Assembly: GCF_009914755.1 (NCBI RefSeq)
Contig: NC_060933.1
DNA: 64,000 bases
Direction: 5' to 3' (one strand)
From: the human T2T-CHM13v2.0 reference genome, Homo sapiens
Of this stretch, positions 56,440 through 64,000 are shown one piece after another (position 1 is the first letter of the stretch; each line of letters starts with the position of its first letter). The notes under the pieces are model-generated. The model worked only from the letters and a program-made list of their open reading frames with translations. It ran no database searches and was not told where the DNA came from. Made by a program: the position numbers and the translations under genes.

Positions 56440-56885
56440 CAGCAGTCAAGACACTAACAACCACCTAAATGTCCAGGACAGTTGAATGGATAAAATAAAT
56501 GTGGTAATATACATACAACCAAATATTATGTATCCTTAAAAAAATCCTGTCATATACTACAACATGGATGAATCTTGAGGACATTACACTAAGTGAAATA
56601 AGCCAGTCACAGAAGGACAAATATTGCATGAATCCACTAATATCAGGTGTCTAAAACAGTAAAACTCATCAAATCAGAAAGTAAAATGGTGGTTACCAGG
56701 GGTCAGAGGGAGACGAAAATTGGGAGGTGCTGTTCAATGGGTATAATTTTAGTCATGCAAGATGAAAAGTTCTAGAGATCTGCTATATAACAATGTACAG
56801 ACAGTTAACAATACTATATTGTACCCTTAAAAATTTGTGGAAGAAGGTAGGTCTCACGTTAAGTGTTTTTTACCACAATAAAAAA
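56440..56885 (+). mobile_element. L1MA/MB 3' UTR fragment
   Basis: ACAACATGGATGAATCTTGAGGACATTACACTAAGTGAAATAAGCCAGTCACAGAAGGACAAA. Confidence 0.85.
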
Positions 56886-56889
56886 TATA

Positions 56890-57173
56890 CAGTCATGGAT
56901 ACATAAAGAGAAATGAGCTGTTGGGCAATTTTGTTGTTATACAAACATGATAGTGCACTTACACAAACCTAGATGGTATAACCTACTACACACCTAAGCT
57001 ATGCTGTATAGCCTGTTGCTCCTAGGCTACAAACCTGTACAGCATATATGTTACTGTACTCAACAGTGTATGGAAATAATAACACAATGGTAAGTATTTG
57101 TGTGACAGTAATTTTTCAGCTCCATCGTAATCTTATGCAGTCTGACTAAAACGCTGTTATGCAGTGCATGACT
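56890..57173. mobile_element. Tigger3/MER7-type DNA transposon
   Basis: terminal inverted repeats CAGTCATG / CATGACT(A) with TA flanks; ACACAAACCTAGATGGTATAACCTACTACACACCTA core. Confidence 0.8.
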
Positions 57174-57485
57174 ATACTTATTTTTAAATCTTAATAAACA
57201 TACTCTATTTTAAAACTATTTTTATAGCATAAGGTAATAATAATATGCATTTTTAAATGACAATTATTTTATTTCTTCATTAAAGGAATCACTACAATAC
57301 CTAAAAGTCCACATAAAATATACAGCAAAAGGTTGTCAAATGAAACATAAATGTCAGTTAAAAAAATTAATTTAGTCTTCAAAAATGTTTAAAATGTATT
57401 TTAATGCAAGTTGGAAAACTATATTGAGAATGTCGCAAAATACGACTCAAAATTGCTTTATTGTTAAAGATTTTAACTGAATAAA

Positions 57486-57776
57486 TTTTTTTGAGATGGG
57501 GTCTCACTCTGTTGCCCAGGCTGGAGTAGAGTGGCACAATCATGGCTTACTGCAGTTTTGAACTCCCAAGCTAAAGCAATCCTCCCACTTCAGCCTCTCG
57601 AGTAGCTGGGATTACAGGTACATGCCACCATACCTGGCTAATTTTTTGTATTTTTTGCAGAAATGGGGTTTCACCATGTTGCCCAGGCTGGTCTACAACT
57701 CCTGGGTTTTAAGCAATCCACCCACCTTGGCCTGTCAAAGCGCTAGGATTACAAGCATAAGCCACCACACCCAGCC
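57486..57776 (-). mobile_element. AluJ-like element
   Basis: diverged dimeric Alu. Confidence 0.9.
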
Positions 57777-59102
57777 TAAAGATTTTTATAATGATTTTTG
57801 CTTTTATCAGGTTAAATATGTGACTTAATATTTTTAAGGGGTACAATAAACTCCAGTATGAGACACAAAAGGCTTTAAAAATTAAGATAACGCATCATGG
57901 GGCTCAAGAAGGATGATCTATATTTTGGAACCAGATGTTTTCCTACACCAATAAACTCTTTTCACGTTAGAAAAACCCTGAAAAAATCTGTAATTCCCAG
58001 TGCAGAAGATAAGGGTCACAACTCATAGTTGGTTCTAATAATAAACTAAACATTCTTTGTCACTTGGGTTTTCTCATCTACCTTCCCATTCTCCAAACCC
58101 AGGTGTTCCTTATGGGGAATAAACAAAGAATCCATGAAAAATAGATAACTGCATTAAAAATTCAGGGATAGAGCCTTAATAACACATATATACTAGGTCC
58201 TAGGTATTACCCATTTCAGACTTTTTTTTTCCAGTTTTTGTTTTGAATCTAAAATTAACTCCTTTTTCCATGTATGCTGACAGAGAAAGAAACAGAAAAG
58301 TGAGGCAATAATTGAGAAAACTAAAGCAAAATGAGGAATTGCCTCTAAAATAAAAATTAGGAACAACTTACTCAGGTTTGTTTATTTAGTCTGTTTCTTC
58401 TTTAACCCACTGGGTTATTTCTCCATTTTCTACTCTTTTGCAAACAATACCTAACATACAATAACTTTTATATGTTTTCTTCATCCAGAACACTAAGCCC
58501 CCTAATGTGCTTAAACTCAAAATCTGTACCTTCACACTCTATCCCTCTGTTCTTCTTTGCCTGTATAATATCTATACTATAATATCTGGCCACCAGGGAC
58601 AACTGAATATATGGCATTATCATCCAAATCACTTTGCCTTCCCGATTTTTCTATTTCTAGGTTTCTCTAGTCAATCTAGGCTTGTTTCCCATCACCCCTT
58701 CTTTTCTTTCTGATCCATAATCAGTCAGACAGGATATTCAGGCAAGTCTACTGGTGAAACAGCTCTGGATTTATCCCATTTCTAGTCTCACTGTAACCAA
58801 CATGTTTCAGGCCCTTATCACACAGTATCTTCCCGCATGGTCTCCTGACTCTAAAGTCCAATCTAGCTTACATAACACTCCTAGACAGCACTGCTTGAGT
58901 TCTCTTTGTCTAGCAAATTAAAACCTAATACCTTAGACCAGGATTCCAGTACCAACTCTCCACTAAGACTTCTGTACCAGAGACCTACTCATCTATAAGA
59001 TTCTCACCTTCTCATTTTTAAACATCCGTATTGCTCTTTTCCTTACTTCTTCCCGTCAAAAAAAATCCTACCGTCAAAAAAAATCCTACCAGTTCAAGGT
59101 TA

Positions 59103-59630
<528 letters not shown>

Positions 59631-59737
59631 AAACATTGAATTGTACACTAAAATTACACATTTGCATGCTTTACTGTATGCAAATAAATAAACCAAAACC
59701 AAAAGAAACAAATGAAAAACTATCCTCATGAAGCATT

Positions 59738-60240
59738 TGATGGGGTTCAGGACATGCTATCCCAAAATATGGCAACTCAATATTTGAGAAAATGGCAGAA
59801 TCAGGAAGGTCACTCTCACCTTCTCTCCTGAAGCAGGTCATAAAACCTAGGAAAGATTTTCTGACCTTCCGCTGATGCAGGTCATAAGACCCTCATTTAA
59901 GAGGTGCCCTCTCTATACACAGAGGAAAAGAACATCCTTAAGTCTGAATATGAAGGGTCACAGAGAAAAATCTGAGCAAACAGGCCTTGCTAAGTTCTTC
60001 CCAGTTTATTATTAGATCATACTGTTTTATCTAATTATGCTTCTCCATTACTATCCTCTTCCATATCATAACTAACAGAAAACATACACAGGTATGTTTT
60101 ATGAAGGCTCCTGTGTCAAGTAAAACTTACTAAATAAATTTCTATGTTGAAATTTCTCTTGATAGTTGGTCTTCTGTTAGAGAGACCTCAGCCATGAATC
60201 TAGTGATAGGCGAGGAAAAGATAAATTTCCTCCCTTACAC
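59738..60240 (+). mobile_element. MER4-group ERV1 solo LTR
   Basis: TGATGGGGTTCAGGACATGCTATCCCAAAATATGGC ... TTCCTCCCTTACA termini. Confidence 0.65.
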
Positions 60241-62042
60241 CTCAGATCCACTAAACCAAATGAAATTGTTCATGCCTCTGAATCCCATAGCCCTTTGGCT
60301 GTGATACTATTTTTCCCTATGTTTATATTATCTAAAGCAGGACAGTGCATCAGAATCTCCTACAGAGGCTACAAAAATATAGATATGCCCTATTTAGTAG
60401 TAAAGTGACATAATGTCTGGAATTTGCTTTAATACACTACACCAAGGGCAATAGGTACATAAAGGCTCATTATACTATTCTACTCTTATGTACGTTTGAA
60501 ATTTCCTATTAAAATACATTTGTTTTTTTTAAATACTCCAGGCAAAAGAAATGTTGGGAGGATAGGTGAAATAAAATCAGCTAAATGTTGATGCCATTTA
60601 AACTGGGTGATGCATACAAGGAGTTTACTTTACTATTCTGTTTATTCTTTTATATCTTTGAAATCTTCCATAATAAAATGTTAAAAATATACATTAATAT
60701 ACACATACCCAAGTCCCAATCCTGGAGACTGAGGGGTGAGAACTACTGAGTTATCGAATTTTTTTTAAAAAAGCTCCACATGTGATTCTGATTTATACCC
60801 CATTTGAGAAACACAGCTTTTCATTCTTTTAACAAATATTCACTGAGTATCCACCAAGCCCTGTACTAAGCAATAAAGATTTTATATTTAAGGAATTTAT
60901 AGACTAATGCAAGGCAAAAGCATTTCAACCAAACTACAAGGCATCATAACTGCCACAATAGGGGTTCATTCGAGATTCTATGGATGGAGACACTGGCTGC
61001 TCCAAATGTTCATGGTAAGTGAGTACTGCGTTTTCTTCATCTTTTCATCCCTATGATTCTTGGCATCACGTTCTTTACCCAGAAGCTCAAATGTGCTTCA
61101 TGTTCAACTATATGACAGATACCGACTATCATAAAGAACTGGGTTTTTTTTTTTTTTTTTTTACCATAAATTCTATCTCCAAGGACTTGTATTTCTCTCA
61201 TTTATTCATTTTAAAGATAAGTGAAGAGGAATATCCTATTAACAAAAGTTTCACAGGGAAAGGTGCCACAAACATAGTAGCAAACCTGCTCATAAATATG
61301 AACCAAAATGAATACAAATGCAAGTAGCTGTTATCTTGGCCCTATTACAACCAATAGCAATTCAAAAATTGAGTGATCACTTGAGAGAGAGGAAGGAAGA
61401 TTAGGCACACTGCTCACTTACACATCCCCCACTCCACCCCTCAGGGTTTTAAGAGGAACAAAGAAGTTATCCTAAAGCTCTACGATCTATGATCTGCTTA
61501 ACAGAAACGCAGGTACAGTAAAATTATATTTAAATTGTTCCTAGCATCTTAGATATTTACCTTAGGGATTAGAATTTTAGAGCATGAAAAACATCTTAAG
61601 GAGTTCAAATTTATAGTGCTACCTGAAGGTGAAACTCCAAGTCAATTTTTATTTAAATAAGCCATGCTTATATCAGACCTTTCCTTAAACAATTCAACAT
61701 ACTTAAAAACAGACTGCCTATAGAACCCCCAGGCTGCTTTTAAGGAGTAATCCCTATCAGAACTAACCAATATGCTAAGCAATCTACAGAATGGAAAGGC
61801 TAGAAAGCATGATTTCCTCAGATTCTAAAACAAATCTGGTTTGATGAATTCCTATTATGTGTTAAGAAATAGAATTAGACTATGTCAAAAGCATTTAAGA
61901 TTCCAAAAATTATCAACACAGTTCAAAAATACCATTTTAGAAAAAGTTTATAATAAAATAGTCCTAAACATAGCCTATCTAGTTAAAGAGGTCCTTTAAA
62001 AACATTGATTAGGAATTTTAGATTTAGATTTTTTTTCTTTAC

Positions 62043-62094
62043 CTGATCAAGGTGAGGTTGTGTTCCTGGCACATGCTGAAGTTTTTTCTGCAAA
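62043..62094 (-). CDS. CBWD/ZNG1 paralog exon (52 nt); gene continues beyond the window
   Basis: ttttag|T TTG CAG AAA...GAT CAG|gt = LQKKLQHVPGTQPHLDQ, in phase with the next exon SIVTITF. Confidence 0.9.
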
Positions 62095-63825
62095 CTAAAA
62101 ACAACTGATTAGAAATTCAGAGATTAATACACTTCTGATTTAACTTTATACATTTAGTGACACAAGGATAATGAAGTGACTTTCCATAACTGACTATTCT
62201 AATATTCTGTAATTCCAATTTTACAAGTTGTTTGCAAATTCCAATAGAGAAAAGCTGGCAGATTAAGTTTTTTTAAAATTTCTTAAAAAAAACACACATT
62301 CATATATATACATATGCACAGAATAAAGAGAAAAACTAGTCTTTTAGCAACACTATTTTGTATGGTTAAATATGTCAGTAAATTTCTTTACCATTCCAAC
62401 AGGTTTAATACAAACTTAAATATATATATAACCATTCTAGTATTGCTTAGAGTTCCTTAACTTTCTCCTGCTTCCTAATATGAAAATAATGCTGGCACCT
62501 AAAGAAAGTTGAAAGGATAAATTTTCCTTTATCAATGTTTTCCCTTGAACTTATTAAAAAAGAAATAGTATCCATAAATATAAATTTTCTATATAGTCAG
62601 TTACCAATTGAGAGAAAAAGAAAGTCAGAATGTTAAAAATGCATTGTTCTGATATGAAAAGCACAAGAAGATCAACATGGCATAACAAATTACAACCATA
62701 ATAACTGTAGCATACATTTCAACACTGATGGGGACAGGACGGGAGGGGGAAAGGACTTAAAACCTTGCAGATGCTTTGCCTTGAAAACAGTGAGGGGTAA
62801 ATTAGTAACAGCAAGTTTAGGAAAGAGAAAGAACTTGTAGGAACTATTGGAGGGAATGAGTCTCTTTGGGGGGGTCCTAGTAGGGAGAATGTCAAATTAA
62901 ATCCTTCCCAACTGGTTGCTCAGGAAAAGATTCTCCTGTTTAGCAGTTAAGCACACACAAAAAAGTCATGCAACGGCCTTCCCTATAGTGGTGAGATCAC
63001 ATTAAAAAGCTACTTCAAGTGTCACTAAAGCATTATAACTGCTCTTAAGTGTATGTAGAATGAGATTACTTTAGAAAAACATTTTGAAAAATCATATGCT
63101 TTTCCCATATGTTCAGTATTTAATGTTGTTGGACAATGACTGCCTAAAACTTCATATGCAGCAAAAAAAAAAAAAAAAAAAAATCTAACAACGAACATTT
63201 AAGTTTAGTTCCCATAAGTCTCAGAATTTCATGCCCTCGATTTTTTCCCTATCATACACATTTTTAAAAGACTAATCTAGTGGATAAGGATATGCTATCA
63301 AAACCTGAAACTCATGAATCGGAAATCATCTTGCACATTAACTTGTAATCTTATAACAATTTTTGTCTCTGCACACATAAAATGTAAATTCTGCACACAT
63401 AAAATGTAAAAAATCTCAAACAGTTTAGTGTTTTGTATATTTAAATCATTATGTTCTATAACAAACAATAATTTAGGTATTGTCAGTAAGATGGAATTAG
63501 CAACATTTCTATTTCTCCCAAGTAAAAATATAGAATGATATAAAGAACTGGATGCCTTGATGAAAGTACCTGTATTACAGCAAATTATAGCAAAAGACAG
63601 AAGTAGAAAGGAAAAACAAAAATTGATATACTGAATATAGAGGTGGGAAATGATTGCATACTATAATTCTTATTAGTGAAATAAAGCACTAAAGGATACA
63701 ATATGTAAAGGGAAAAAATAAAATTTCAACTAAAAAATATTCTAGTGTTTAACATATTAAATGACAACCAACTTGTAAGCTCTTGGACCCAACAGAGATA
63801 AATTAGTTTAAGAAAGGCAAATTTT

Positions 63826-64000
63826 GCTGGGTTCAGTGGCTCAGGCTTATAATCCCAGCACTTTGAGAGGCCAAGTAGGAGAATCACTTGAGGCCAGGAG
63901 TTCAAGATGAGCCTGAGCAACGTAGCGAGAGCCTGTCACTACAAAAAAGTAAAAATAAAAAAATTAGCCAGGCATGGGTGCAAGCCTGTAGTCCCAGCTA
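63826..64000 (+). mobile_element. AluJ-like element cut by the window end
   Basis: GCTGGGTTCAGTGGCTCAGGCTTATAATCCCAGCACTTTG. Confidence 0.9.

Overview
Primate (very likely human) genomic DNA with the make-up of a pericentromeric segmental-duplication mosaic, matching what I know of the chromosome 9 FOXD4L/CBWD(ZNG1) blocks. From left to right: L1/Alu/L2 debris carrying one isolated NAALAD2-like exon (4003-4104); an internally deleted HERV-L provirus with a second MLT2 LTR nested in its 3' LTR; an immunoglobulin kappa-derived segment with an IGKV1 orphon pseudogene (open V exon, near-consensus 12-RSS, dead start codons and octamer) and a much older V-kappa relic on the opposite strand; a 1.2-kb GC-rich CAAAAAGCCGCGG repeat; about 23 kb of repeat-rich DNA with no gene I can recognise; an intronless 416-aa FOXD4-like gene (FOXD4L5/L4 type); and the last five coding exons of a CBWD/ZNG1 paralog. 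Most ORFs in the track are repeat-derived or spurious. I cannot demonstrate a new biological system. The best leads are the hidden FOXD4 reading frame carrying the eh1 motif, the V-kappa relic, the orphan NAALAD2 exon, the orphon RSS and the duplicon junctions. Repeat boundaries, subfamily names and paralog identities are from memory and visual reading, so they are approximate.
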